A stretch of DNA of 63,942 bases, filler included, from Lenisia limosa (lineage: Eukaryota > Protista > Breviatea), in NCBI GenBank assembly GCA_001655205.1. It is 11 parts of 11 records of this genome, joined end to end, with 100 filler letters (N's around TTAATTAATTAA, not from the genome) between each part and the next. Parts side by side here need not be neighbours in the genome. Positions count along the whole stretch, not along the records: positions 11,418 to 17,698 come from LPNZ01003176.1; positions 17,799 to 33,985 come from LPNZ01006003.1; 9 more parts are not named here. One strand, given 5' to 3'. The notes below the pieces were generated by a model. That model searched no databases. It was not told the DNA's origin and saw nothing but the letters and a program-made list of their open reading frames with translations. The stretch's first letter is position 1, and each line of letters begins with the position of its first letter. The position numbers were made by a program, and so were the translations under genes. This document shows, one piece after another, positions 11,418-24,598 of the stretch.

Positions 11418-14046
11418 GGGGAGGGGACTTGGGTATATGCAATACAGATGGAAAGAGGGGAGGGGACTTGGGTATATAGATGTAGTAATATATGATATAT
11501 GATTTATTATTATTATTGGCTGACTCTTCAGAAAAGCGGAAATCTGCCGCGATCCAATTTGGTGCCGACAAAATCCTCAAGTACCAAATGCTGTCACAGT
11601 TAAAAGGTTGGGGCTGGTGAAGTTATAACTTCTAGTTTATAATACGTCACTCATCCGCTACATATTTGATATCTTTTCGGACAATGGAGTGAGGCCGTAA
11701 ATATAAACCATTTTTTATGCTGACGATTTTTCCAAAAAGTTCGGGATATTTATTCATAATATATCGAGATATTCAGTCTTTTTGGTACCGTGGAGGCCCT
11801 CTGCTGTGCTGACTATTTCTTCACTTCTGCGATTTATCGATTTGGTTTTTGGTAAACAGAAACAAAACCGAACTGAAAAACACTAATGCTGACGCTTTTA
11901 AGGCAACGTCAAGCACAACTCATACATTGCGCCCTTCCGCAACTTCAAGTTCAATCTCGGCAAGTTCCAAGGTAACCGAGTAGTTTGGTCCATGATATGT
12001 TGATAACAAGGAAGTTAAATACACTTTTATCCAAGAATATTAAATAATAAATAGGAATGCGATATGTAATGTAAAATTCATCATTATTCAACCTCAAAAT
12101 TTAATATCTCTAAGACTTCAAAAAGTTTTCAGACACTGATGGTGCTGATTTTAGTAAATATCTTTGAACACACATGTCCCTCTCTCCTTTCACCTAGTTG
12201 AGCTTTCTGTGTATACGTCATTAACCCAGTCATTTGCGTACATCTTAATTGACCATAATCAACAGTTCAGCTATGTCTGTGTGCATCATAATTAACCCGC
12301 CTCCCCATCGCCCTAACTGTTTCAGACCTGGCTATCCAGGACAGTATGCGTCTGGAGGGTACCGGCGTTACTATTGTTAACACTGTAACGAAGGATTTGG
12401 ATGGTTGGTCTGGGTTACACACATATGTATATTACCAGGAGGGTGGGGACACAACTTCAATATTTCATCTTTCCTTCGTTTTATTTTGGGCTTTTTTTGT
12501 TTCATAAATTTCCAATAATATTCCCCCCCCCCCTCACCCAAGTTTTTTTTTCTTTTACGTACACTGGAATGATGGGATTCGGTGCTGCAGAAACGACAGG
12601 CTAGGGATTTGTTTGTTTTGTTGTGTTTAACCCTCATGTGTTGCTTTTACGCTTTTTTTTTTCAATTTTTTTTTTAATTTTACACCTTTGCAGAAGTTCA
12701 GTGCGCCGTACTTTCCCCCAACCAAGCCAAGTTAATCAAAGAAGACAAAACGTCCTTTACGCAGCTCCCTCTTTTCCTGGTTTGAGGCAAAATAGTTAAT
12801 GTTGAAATGAGAAATAAAAAAAAGGAAGCCTATTTATCCTGACCCATAGACACTATCACATTTTGTGAGAGTAGATGATATTTGCTATTGTGGCGTTATG
12901 CTGGTCTGAAAAAAACCCAGATATCTATCGAGAAATTCAGTCAAATAATGCATACAAAGGTTCAATAGAGATCTACCATTGGGGAGGGGACAAAAGGCAA
13001 AACAAGGCACATATGGTTGGGATGAACACCCTATATGTAGGGATTCCTTTTGAGACCGTGTAGCTGACGCTTGAGCAACTCCAAAACCCCTACAAGCGTC
13101 AGTCGAAAGTGGTCTATCAAACATCGTTTAAGCCTCCAACACCGGAAACATCCCGCCTTATTTTCACTGTTTGGAGGGGGGAAAGATGATGCTCTGTGTG
13201 TTTATATACAAATATGTAGATCATATGTACATATTCTCAGTACATGAATGTTACCCTGAAAAAAATAATATTTTAGATATGGAATTTTATTTCTCTCCCC
13301 TGTATCAAAACAATAAGATAAATGTAACCGATGATGATTCTCAGATTTCGAAATGCTGTATCTGGCATGTTAAAAATGATATTTCAAAATGGAGATTCAT
13401 GTGTCAAAAATGACATTTTAGATTATGATGAGTTTTAAACGGTATTTGAATGTATCAAACAAATGACATATCAGATTATGGAGATCCCAGATGCGGGAAA
13501 GCCAGAGCTGAATCAGATCATCACCCCGTCAAGAAGAGGCGTCATGTTCTTCACTCGCGATAACTGGTCGTATTCGACTATTACATACACCATCAGTAAG
13601 CAGGGGTAATCTTCAGGTATAATATCTTGCGATTTATTTTTTGGATACTATTTGCATACGATCCATCCACATAAGGGGTCTTTAGACAAGCATCTTCCTG
13701 AGACCTGTTCTTACTTAAACCCTGCTCAAATAAAAAAAACAACCTCCTACCTACGAACTATTATCACCTTGTTTTCTTTCTTATTTCTATTCATGATATA
13801 TGATATTGGGAAACCTACCACATCATAATGTCAAGGATGCTCTGATAAATAACAGCAACACATAATGTAAATCATGTAATATATTTCTATTGACATATTA
13901 TTGATTTTCTTTTGTTATATAGTTATATAGTGTACTATGTGCTAATACCCGCCCCTCTTTTATTACACTATTTTTGGAAGGTACTCTGATGACGTACAGA
14001 ATTCTCTTTTTTTATTATATAAAACAACTTTCGTATTTACCTTCAA

Positions 14047-14160
14047 GGCAACCCAGCCCCTACTGGAGAAATCACAAAGGAGGAAATTGCAGACCTGAAG
14101 AACAGAAGTTTGTCAATCTTCAAGAAAATGGAATTTACCCCCGAGACAGATGCGAAAAGG
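14047..14160 (+). CDS. Isolated exon, hypothetical protein
   Basis: AG...GT-bounded segment reading NPAPTGEITKEEIADLKNRSLSIFKKMEFTPETDAKR. Confidence 0.4.
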
Positions 14161-15057
14161 TTAGAAGAGTCATAATTTAGTTGAGATTAATGCGATTTTG
14201 TTTTTCTCTAAACTTTGTTCGGAAGTAACAACTTTCCGCTTCCGTTTTGTCACATGTACAACAGCTTTGACCCGTACCCAAAACAGCGTACACTGTCTAT
14301 TTTATAATAATGTTAATAATATCATATTTCTACTTACCGCGAAAACGTCTTGTCAATGCCAGGATATCGTAGTTTATATTACTGAATTAATGTCATGTAA
14401 AAATTTCGCGTGTGCTTTGCAATTAAAAAAGAGCTATTTTTAACTGTTCATGGGGTAAAAAGTCCATCTTACGTTTTAGGAGGAAGTAACTTGTCATGGT
14501 CTATTCTATGGTTTTGTTTTTCCTACATGTACACTATTCTAGTCTGAGAGAGTGGAACCTTCATCACCCAGTATTAGGCCCACTGTATCCGTTGCAAATG
14601 GTTTTCTTGTCTTGGAAATTCTGCTTTCTTCACCAAAATGTGATGTGGATGATGTCATGATGCTACTACATTGTCCCTATTGTTATATTTACGGCTTCGA
14701 TATTTATCGAGGATTGATAGAGAAATTCGTTCTTTTTTGGGACGGTCCCTAATACCATATCCAGCTTGATAGACCAAAATAACTTACATCCTAAAATACT
14801 AACACTGACCAACACGTCAGTTTCAAAACAAAAACAAAAAAAAACAAGCATAGACGTCACCTTGAGCATTTCATCATGGTTGACCGGGGTTTTGGGAAAC
14901 GTGTGACCTGGAAAGATCGCCTAAAGAATTATGTAATATACAATCCTGAATTATTTCTAGGTTATCTCAAATAAAGTTAGAATTATACAGTGACCGTGAT
15001 AGTCATGGAACGGATTGAAACTGTATCTTGTCAATTGTGCCAGGACTTAACGCGCAG

Positions 15058-17633
15058 TTACAGTATTATAAGAGAGAAGAGGCTTAGCCAAGAGAGCAGA
15101 CGCTTACGGTTTGATTGGGATACTAGACAGGGTGTTGACTTGCTGGAGGACAGGCGGCTGAAGGGACTGTTGCTTGCTGGTTTTGATGTATCGCTGACGC
15201 TGATATCGCGCACTGTTGTGGTGAGAGGGTGATTTTTGGGTGTGACAGTATGAAACAAAAAAAAAGCCCAAATCATCTGTTGGCTGACAACACACGAGGG
15301 TTGATAACAACAATTACACTACAGCTGGCGTGGCGATATGCCTCCGCAATAAGCCCCCACTCTTCGGCAAGGGCTCTTCGCGCCGCTCGAGCGCTGATGT
15401 CGTCATCGTAGTGCTCCCTTTCGGTCTGGTCTTCAATGGGGGCCAGTCCAGTGTCCAGGGTCAGAAGAGTGTTGAAACGCCTTCCAAACTAAAGAGTCAT
15501 TGGTCACAGAGTAGAAAATTATATTGATACGAAATATAACAAGGTTGCTGCCGAAGAGGTCCACACCATCACGCTGATATGCGATATTATTGCATAATAT
15601 TAATTCACCTAATCATTTGTTTTACAACTCATACTATATGCATATAGGTATAGAGATGAGAAATAAAACAAAGTTTTATCTGGCCGAAGCCGTCCACCAT
15701 GAATGGGTGTGGCAACAAAATGAGAGGAAATGGGATCCGGTTCCCAAAAAACCTAATTGATTGGAAAATCCTCAATAATATTGATATTTAACGGACTTGT
15801 TTGAACCATAAGCATTCCTCATGTACAACCAAGGAAATCAACATAACACAATGGATTTAAGACCCCTCTAACGGACGGCGCGGGTTCAGGGGATGAGAGC
15901 ATTGAAACAGTCAAGGGAGTCAGCGGAGAATTCCGTCCGGTGGTAATCTGAACTAATCACTGTGGTATTGTGAATATTCAAGTATGTGTCTAATCAAAAC
16001 TATTCTTATGACAGATATGAAACTTCAGATTATGATTATCTGTACATTTTTTTAATAATTGAAAAAGTGGTCATCTCCATCCTCCAACCTGTGCATTTCT
16101 TTCAGGAAGGCCCAGTCGGTTCCCTGATGCTAAGGATGGTAAGTAAAGAAGGAAATGTTGATGATTCTAAGGATAGTGAGTAGAGAAGGAAATTACAATA
16201 AGATTGTTACGGGGTGTAAGGTGGGGGGTGAACTATGATAAGAAAAGAGTAATATTTATGAACATTTTTGGAGTAGTGTGAGTCATTCGTTGTAACTTCA
16301 AAAAGCAAAAAAACAAACAACAATATCATCAAAGAAGCAAACCCAGAAAACCAAAAGACAAGACAATGCATTCTTAAATATTACAATAAAACAGTACCAC
16401 ACCCCAAACCTCCAGTGGATTTCACACTCCTGCTGCTTTCTTGGCTGCCCTTGAAACTCCTAATGCGTAAACAGGAAAGTGGAGGAGATAAAATTGGAAA
16501 ATTACGAAACAAAAAATAGCGAAACAAAACAACAGATCCAACATTGGAAAACACACAAGAATTAAAAACAACAAAACAAACAANNNNNNNNNNNNNNNNN
16601 NNNNNNNNNNNNNNNNNNNNNNNNNNNNNNNNNNNNNNNNNNNNNNNNNNNNNNNNNNNNNNNNNNNNNNNNNNNNNNNNNNNNNNNNNNNNNNNGGGTA
16701 CTTTGGATGTCTGAGGCGTAAAAAGACAATTTCTCAATTAATTCAAATTCCGAAAAGATTTTTTTTGCAGTGAATCAAATAATTTTCAATCTAATCTGGG
16801 TGTCCTACGGTACTGATCTCAGCCCCCCATGCAGAACCTACAGTTGGAGCAAAATAAGGTTTCGTTGTTGCTTTTCGAGGCTTTATTTTCTGTCTCTCCA
16901 AATTGGTTCGTCTATAAAATATCAGCAAAAGGACAGCATTATGTTGACACGCATCATAGTTCCCACACAGACATAGAGCTTTATCTATAGGTGGAAATAG
17001 TAAACTGTTAAGGTTATTGGCCAACGCCGCCCACACCAAAATTGAGCATTAAATTGTGATTTAATTTCATGAAAATAGTGTGGAAAACAATGGCCGTCTT
17101 GGGTGTTGTCCGATTTGATCTGATTTCCAGACTGCAAAAGTTGACACGAATAGCTTTATCTCCCGTCAATCGTGTCAGGACTTATCATGCCCTTCCCCCC
17201 ATGAATAGCGAGAAAAAGCACCCCTGAATAACATTAAGCCCCCACGAAAATCGGGTTGAAGGAACATGAAGCTCGAGTGTCTTGGCTGTTTTGGCCTGGA
17301 CAAGTTAATATCTAACAGTATTGGGTTCTGTATTCGCGGAATAAATAGCCGCCCTTGGGATGAACCCTCATGTTATCTTCGTTCATCATTTCGCCTCGAA
17401 AGTCGGTCATACGATCATATCACAAGGGGATATGATATGGGTTAAACCGTATCACATTAGTAGAAATGGGGGTAAGTACCTCTGGAGGCACGCGCTGGTC
17501 CAAAAACGAGTCCACATCATCAGCACCAACCCTCCGGCCGATAATGCGCCGCACGTCATATGCCTGATGCGCCGATGTCAGGTTGTTGAGGACTGCTGAC
17601 GTGGCTGGGATAGCCAACTTATCTCCTGTGGTT
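15058..17633 (-). CDS. Hypothetical multi-exon gene (exon chain uncertain)
   Basis: Exon-like blocks QETTGDKLAIP...AYDVRRIIGRRVGADDVDSFLDQRVPPE (17633-17484), HQGTDWAFLKEMH (~16130-16088), FGRRFNTLLTLDTGLAPIEDQTEREHYDDDISARAARRALAEEWG (~15495-15320). Confidence 0.45.
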
Positions 17634-17698
17634 TCCTGGGGGGCTAGGGGAGGGAGTAAAACGAAGGATTTTGATGAAGAATATTGGTGTAAAGGTAC

Positions 17699-17798
17699 NN
17701 NNNNNNNNNNNNNNNNNNNNNNNNNNNNNNNNNNNNNNNNNNTTAATTAATTAANNNNNNNNNNNNNNNNNNNNNNNNNNNNNNNNNNNNNNNNNNNN
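17699..17798. other. Artificial contig-join spacer
   Basis: 44N-TTAATTAATTAA-44N. Confidence 0.97.
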
Positions 17799-18263
17799 GG
17801 GGGGGGGGGGGGGTAAGCATGTTTCAGTAAAAAAACTAATATACTTGATACAATGAGTGAAAGGAATAAAGATACTCCATCTTTACCCCCTCCGCCCACC
17901 CAGGATATGAATTCAATAATTCACCCCCTTTGTTTGTTTTGCTGTTATCCAAAAGAATTGATTTTGGGCTGTTTTTTTGTTTGTTTGTTTCATAAATTTA
18001 CCAATTTTACTCTACGCTGGAGTGATGGGATGACTGGGCTTTTTTTGTTTTGTTGTTATCAATCCTTGTGAGCCAACCGAGTTGGTGGGGTTTTTTTGTT
18101 TCATAAATTTTCCAATTAATTTTCCAATTGTACACCTTCCCCCCCCCCCNNNNNNNNNNNNNNNNNNNNNNNNNNNNNNNNNNNNNNNNNNNNNNNNNNN
18201 NNNNNNNNNNNNNNNNNNNNNNNNNNNNNNNNNNNNNNNNNNNNNNNNNNNNNNNNNNNNNNN

Positions 18264-21200
18264 CCATGTCTGCCGGGAACTTTCAAGTCCACTGTCGATA
18301 GAGGCTCATGTACTCCTTGTGGAGGCGACCTCACAAGCATGTAAGGATTGTGTGTCTTTAATTTTCCTATAGAAAAAACACAATAAATTGTATAGACAAA
18401 ATAGCTAGAGGGAAAAAAATGATTTTGTGGAGTTGATCAATATTGGATAGAGAAAACACGCTAGAGGATAATTTCTTATGAAAGGGGGGGTTTATAACCC
18501 CGGCATTTATCCATACATAGTATTTGGTTGAATGTATATAATGTAAGAATGACTGGTTAAGCTCACCAAAACACGTGGTAATAAATGTTGGAACTGAAAG
18601 TGAAGTACCTTGTCACCACATCATCCCCAGGCCCGGTTCTACCTCGCAAGACAACTGCACATGTCCTGCAAGAACGCTGCCTCGAAATGGCACTTTGTTG
18701 TGTGACTGCTTGTGAGGAGGGGGTTAGAGATTAAACAGATAGAACGGATAAATTAGAGTTTTTTTAAGCGCGAAGGGGGGGTCTTGATAAATGGCAAATT
18801 TTTGTGTGACTGGTTGTGGTGAGGGACTGACTGTCATCTGCTTTGTTCAGCCATTTCATGCTTCTTAAATGTTAATGTTTACTGTGTTGTATCTTGGTTT
18901 TTTTTTTTTTTTGTTTNNNNNNNNNNNNNNNNNNNNNNNNNNNNNNNNNNNNNNNNNNNNNNNNNNNNNNNNNNNNNNNNNNNNNNNNNNNNNNNNNNNN
19001 NNNNNNNNNNNNNNNNNNNNNNNNNNNNNNNNNNNNNNNNNNNNNNNNNNNNNNNNNNNNNNNNGCACATCTTGCGGGAGCGGCCAGGTTTGCTCTTTTA
19101 TTATTATTATTATAAATCAGTATCATTTTTCTTAGTTTTATTAGTTTTATTGTTTTGAGCGATATGCTATTTCATACATTGACCGGAATAAGTCTTGACC
19201 TATTACCTTGCCAAATCACAGAGCATGACTTATCCCGGTTACTGTATATCAAATAGCAAATCGGTCAAGATTTATCCCGGTAACTGTTTATCACATAGCA
19301 AATCGGTCAAGACTAATCCTGGTCACTTTATGTCTACAGTATGTACATATGCATAATATGATATGATATACTATAATTCAAACACAAAATCCTGAGCCTT
19401 GCTTTTGTATTTTGACCAAGTCAAATTGACGGCCTAGATTCTCGTTAATGCCACATGTGAGTGCCTTCCAGGCCATTCGCCTGAAACGTCTTCGTGTATT
19501 CCCTGTGCAAAGGCAACCTATTTCGACAGCGACCTTGTTTGGGGGATTATTGTTGCGGAAGTTTATTGATTATTATACTATATATAAATTGACAGATACT
19601 TTGGGGGAGAGCTTCACTTTTGGTTCCAAAAAAAGACTGAATTCTCGATAAATCCTCGATAAATATCGATACTTTACAGGTGTTTCGGAAACGAAAGTGA
19701 AGCCGTACTATGGGGGGAAACGATTTTATACAGTGATCTGGATCAGTCTTGACCGATTTTCCTTGGGAAATAATCCTACAGTAAATCGGTCACGACTTAT
19801 CCCCCTCACTGTATGTATAATATATAATATATATAATATAGTAACAGTCATATCATATTTATTAACATCAAATACATAGGGTTGTCAATACCCCGAATAT
19901 TCCAAAAAATATTTATATAGCTAGTAGTATATCATACATACATATTTCTATGATCCAAAATATTCACCAAAATTGGGCTTCCCTTAACCGAAATTATCAC
20001 CAACACAGGTCACATGTCGCCCCTGCCCCCTCTACGCGACCACCAATAACCTGGCAGCAACAGCCATTGATGAGTGCGTTTGCATTCAACACGCCACTAG
20101 TGGTAGGTGTATTGGGCTTCGCGATGTATTACAAGAATATGTCTATATGTTTGTATGTAAATTGAATTGAAATGAACTTAACTCAACTGCTTTCTAGCAA
20201 CTGGAGACCCCGAAGACTGTATATGTGTTCCTGGAACCTTCTTCAGTGGTGGAGAATGTCTGACCTGCGCTGCGGATGAATATCGAAGTTCGACTGATGA
20301 GGTTGGTTTGAGGTTTTGATAATTAGCTTTATATTGTTTTAGGATAGTGCAATAAATAGAATTGAGTTTTAAGATTGATATCATAGACATAATATGCAAT
20401 ATCATATCTAATTTTACTAAGAGTGTTGTAAATGATTATATATAATATGTAGAGCTATAATAACTTCCTGGTTCAGCTCTTGACAAATAACTAACTTTAG
20501 GTCACCAAATGCGTTCCCTGTCCAGAGTTCAGTGAATCGGATCCTGGCTCAGAGGCAATTGAGGATTGCAAGTGCATCCAAGGTCGGCCCTATTATTAAG
20601 GCAAATGATTGGGTGAATTAATATTTTACTATGATCCAATATCGCTTATTTGCGTGATGGTGCAGACGGCTTTGACCAGAAACAAAGTTGATTTATAATC
20701 ATAATTATACTAGTATTATATGTACATGTGATTTAGATACTACTAGTATCTATCGATAGATGGAAAAGTAAATATATACTGTATGTGTGTATAAGTCCTT
20801 GTATATGAGTGTTATTTTATAATTATATATTATTTATACTATTCATATCGGACATATATCCCACAGACACAGACACACGATGATCCTAGTTTCAAAAGAG
20901 ACTTTACTGCAAAAAAACACACGCACACGCACCCGTAAAACCCCCCTAGGATACTACCCCGAGGCACACAATTGCCTCAAGTGCCCTGAAGGTGCCAAGT
21001 GTGACGGCCTCAATATGCCCATTGCGGCCCTGGTGGGGGTGGGGGAATAGATGGTCCTCTACTTTGAGAATTGTTGGTCTCTACTTTGGTGGGAATAGCA
21101 TGAGGCCTCTTGGGTGAATAAGGAGTGCTTTTGGGAGGGGGGTAAGGTTTCTTTAGTTGGTGTGGAAAGGGGGAGAGAGTGGATGCTTATCACAGATCTT

Positions 21201-24200
21201 CTCCCCTTCTAATAACCCGCTCAACCAGGGTAGCAACCCCCCACACACTCTCAGTGTCCTACTTCCATAGAACCATCATATCATGCCTTCTTCGAGCGAG
21301 AATTTCTAACAATAGAGTTTTCTTCCCGTTTATTGACAGTTTCTTCTCATAACCTCCTCTGAATCGAGGGTTTCACCCCTGCTCACATTTTCTCTTCTGA
21401 CTTCTCTTCCGTCCTAATTCTTACCACCACTAGGGCTACTTCGAGCGAGAAGATGCCTTCTTTGAGTGCCCAGCCGGGGGTTCTGCGTGCCTTGGTTACA
21501 ACGTTTGTGCTGACGGCTATGAGGGAAGCCTGTGCTCCGAATGCGCGGTTGGAGGAGGGGGGGGTGGCTCGCTCTTATTGCTATTAACTGAAAAGTTACA
21601 TATTTCATTTACCAAAACAACTGCATATGTTACTCACCGAAAAAGCTTGGTTACTATCGAGACGTTAAGCACTGTTATGAATGCACAAGTATAAGCACGT
21701 TGTACTTTGTGATCCTCTTCATTGCCCTTGTTGTCGCTATTGTGGTATGTTGGGGAGGCACACAGAAAAAAGCTCTTTCAAGAGTTTTGTAAGGCAAATG
21801 ATTGGGTAAATTATTATTATTCTATTATCCAATATCGTCGCATCACTCCTCAAATTATCAGCTTTCATTCAAACATATTCACATAAAACTATGTTTTTTT
21901 GTTTTTTTGTGAGTAAAAATGACAAAAAAAAAAAAATAACTGTCCTTGAGACATGCTGGCGTCAATTAGATAAATCCTCACTTCTCAGATTATCCAATCC
22001 ATGAACCTCAGCATGACGGCAACAGTAAATCCCAAACTAGCCATCGGCCGAATTGTCTTCGGAATGGTTCAGATTGTCTCGCTCTTTACACTGTTTGACG
22101 ACGTTTCTTACTCAAAAACCTTGAGACTGCTCCTCGACATCATTGCAGTGGCCAATTTCGACTCGGAAGTAGGCCATTTTGAATCGAATCATTCCGCATT
22201 CACCTTTGAGCACTTTTGATTTTGTAAATATAAGGCTTCACTCCGATCCAGAAAATGATGGAAACAACCCTCGATAAATCATCGATATATTTCGATTATT
22301 TACCGATCTGTTTCGTACCCGGGTGAAGCCTTATTTAATATGGATTTTCATGCATCTTATCAATGCAGAAATCTCGCCCCGAATGTGTCTCTCATTCCAC
22401 AATTGCGTTTAACTTGGTTGGGGGGTTAGTTTCATAGTTATCCCTTTTTAGCAAAATAAATACGTCCCAGCTCAACTTTATGATATTTCTTACTTTTTCA
22501 TTTTTACCCCCATATTACGTCCCAGCTCTACTTGCTGCGTCTCCTTATTCCAGTCGCTGTTCTGGTTGTGACATTATTCATCATCTATCTTCATTCCACC
22601 TTTATGAGGATCGTGAAGAAACTGTGAGCCAAAAGGAGGTTTCTTACTTTTTTTCATTGAAACAAGGAACATAAAGAGTAAAGTCGCATTGAAACTAGGA
22701 ACATAAAGAGTAAGGTCGCATTGAAACTAGGAACATAAAGAGTAAAGTCTCTATTGAAACTAGGATCATACAAAAAGACTATTGAAACTAGTCTCTATTG
22801 AGAAACTGTATAACAAATAGTTACATCTTTTTTGAAACTGGGGACGTAAAGGTCTGGCGATTCAACAGATTTGAGTTTCCGGTTGACACGTATTTCTTGA
22901 GGAAATGAAAGATTCTGAAATGGAGCTCAGCAATTTGTCCCATTCAAATTTGAAATTAATATCTCAACGAATTGCACAGATCTTCTTTTTGTGGCGAGCA
23001 CTACACTATATCTCCCCTCATATTCTCATACCCTAGACCCTTCAATCGCAACGCGTCCATACGAACAATAATCACCATCGCCAGTGCCCTTTACCTCTCC
23101 TCTTGCATGACGGCTTTCTTACCATTTGCCTGTCATAAACTCGAAGATGGGACGTGGCGTCGAACTTATGGTATGGGCTTTGCTTCGGCCTTCGGGTTCT
23201 TTGATGTACTTTTTGTTTAAATTTGGTTACTTTTTTCATTTTCCTTACTTTGTTGTAATATTCAATATGCTTCAAGTTTCTTCACTTGTTTTGTTTCGGT
23301 TTAATAACATCGCCTGCTGGATTATAGTGAAGAGTGGAGTAAAAGGGAAGACAGTTGGAAGGAGTCAACTGAAGAAAAGTGATGGGTAATATTTGAGAGT
23401 GGAGGGTAGAATGTTGGACATTGGGGTGACAAATTACTGAATCACGCTTCCCTCCAGAGCTTTCTTTACGCCTCCCCTCATAGATCTTTCGACCGAGTGT
23501 TATACATCCGACTTCTTCCAATCATCCATCATCTTCATCATTTTGGCCGCTGCAATTTGCTCTATTCTCCCAGCTGCCATTTTCTATTTATTGAAGTGGG
23601 AGGGAGCTTTTCTTTGAACACTGTTACACCAACGTTGTTCTTTTTAAAAAAAGGACGGAGTGCAATGATGGCTCAGCTTTATAAATAACATTCTCACAAA
23701 CGCATAATCTCATTACTTGTTAGATTTGCATAATACTATTATGACTCTGTCAATTATTTTTAAAAAGTAAATTTTTGAATGAATATATTTGAATTACTTC
23801 CCGTTACAATATGTGCTGCTTCAAATTGTGAATTGAATTTCACAATTAACAGCATTGAGCATTAATCACCCTTTGACAACCTAGGCGAAACACGCGAATC
23901 AAAGGCAGCACCTCGTCAATGGCAGTGATGTTCTCTAAATACCATTCGCAATTCTACTGGTTTGCTTGGCATATTAATTCAACCAAATCCATTTTGTATT
24001 ATTAGAGCAGTTTAGTCATATACTCAAACCTCCAATTCATTCATACCGTTCTCTTATCAACAAAACTATACGCTGACCGGATACTGAGCTTTGTCTTGAG
24101 TCAATGCCTGGACTTATCGCGGTCGCTCTACACATATTTGGAATTGAGATTTATGGAAGAAGAAATCCTCCACTTTCATTACTCTTCCCTACAAATTCGT

Positions 24201-24598
24201 TCATATGACATTGTGTTCACCCAAGGAGTAACTAGTACCTAGGTGGGACCTTCTGACAATGTTACGAAGCTTCACCATAGCCATTGTCACCCGAGTAATT
24301 TCCCAAGATACTGTCGTTCAGGTATGATACCCCAACACTTTTTGGTTCATACAGGTTAACTATTTCTTCTTATGATCAATCGATATACTTATCATTGGTG
24401 AATATCGACATTTACCCGGCTTTTTGGGAATAAAAGGCAATATTCACAACCAGTTTAGGTTGTAATGATGTCCTCCTATCATCACCATTTCAGGTTGTAA
24501 TGATGGCTGTGGTCCTCTGTCTCTACCTCGTGTTTCTCTTCAGCTCCCATCCATACTCCCTACCCATTCTTAACCATGCAGATATGGTTGTCACGCAG
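18264..24598 (+). CDS. Cys-rich-repeat, multi-pass membrane protein (ephrin-receptor-like Cys repeats plus C-terminal TM bundle), both ends incomplete
   Basis: >15 GT-AG exons: CLPGTFKSTVDRGSCTPC, CECLPGHSPETSSCIPC, CVPCPEFSESDPGSEAIEDCKC, CLKCPEGAKCDG, CADGYEGSLCSECA, then TM segments, FACHKLEDGTWRRTYDLSTECY, FSKYHSQFYWWDLLTMLRSF, HPYSLPILNHADM. Confidence 0.8.
19607..19707. mobile_element. MITE family A, type I
   Basis: TIRs; TSD CTTTGGGG/CTATGGGG (7/8). Confidence 0.85.
19731..19811. mobile_element. 81-bp TA-flanked MITE, family F
   Basis: TA|CAGTGA...AGTCTTGACCGATTT...AAATCGGTCACGACTTAT...TCACTG|TA; related copies at 19177-19244 and ~48010-48086. Confidence 0.72.
20598..20690 (+). repeat. 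Interspersed intronic repeat family D (reference copy)
   Basis: AAGGCAAATGATTGGGTGAATTAATAT...CCAATATC...GCGTGATGGTG...ACGGC; ~13 copies (1775, 8671, 10615, 15546, 20598, 21791, 29436, 35385, 40983, 47560, 51174, 52003, 60418). Confidence 0.8.
22231..22333. mobile_element. MITE family A
   Basis: TAAGGCTTCAC...CCTCGATAAATCATCGATAT...GTGAAGCCTTA. Confidence 0.75.
22657..22790. repeat. 32-bp tandem repeat x~3.5
   Basis: TTGAAACTAGGAACATAAAGAGTAAAGTCGCA units. Confidence 0.85.

Noticed and set aside
22975-23040. Apparent frameshift (IFFLWRALHY...P* into RPFNRNAS) in the Cys-rich gene
   Set aside because: The upstream exon ends in phase 2 (CT|GT) and joins the acceptor at 23036 in frame (L-PFNRN), so the extra segment is intronic.
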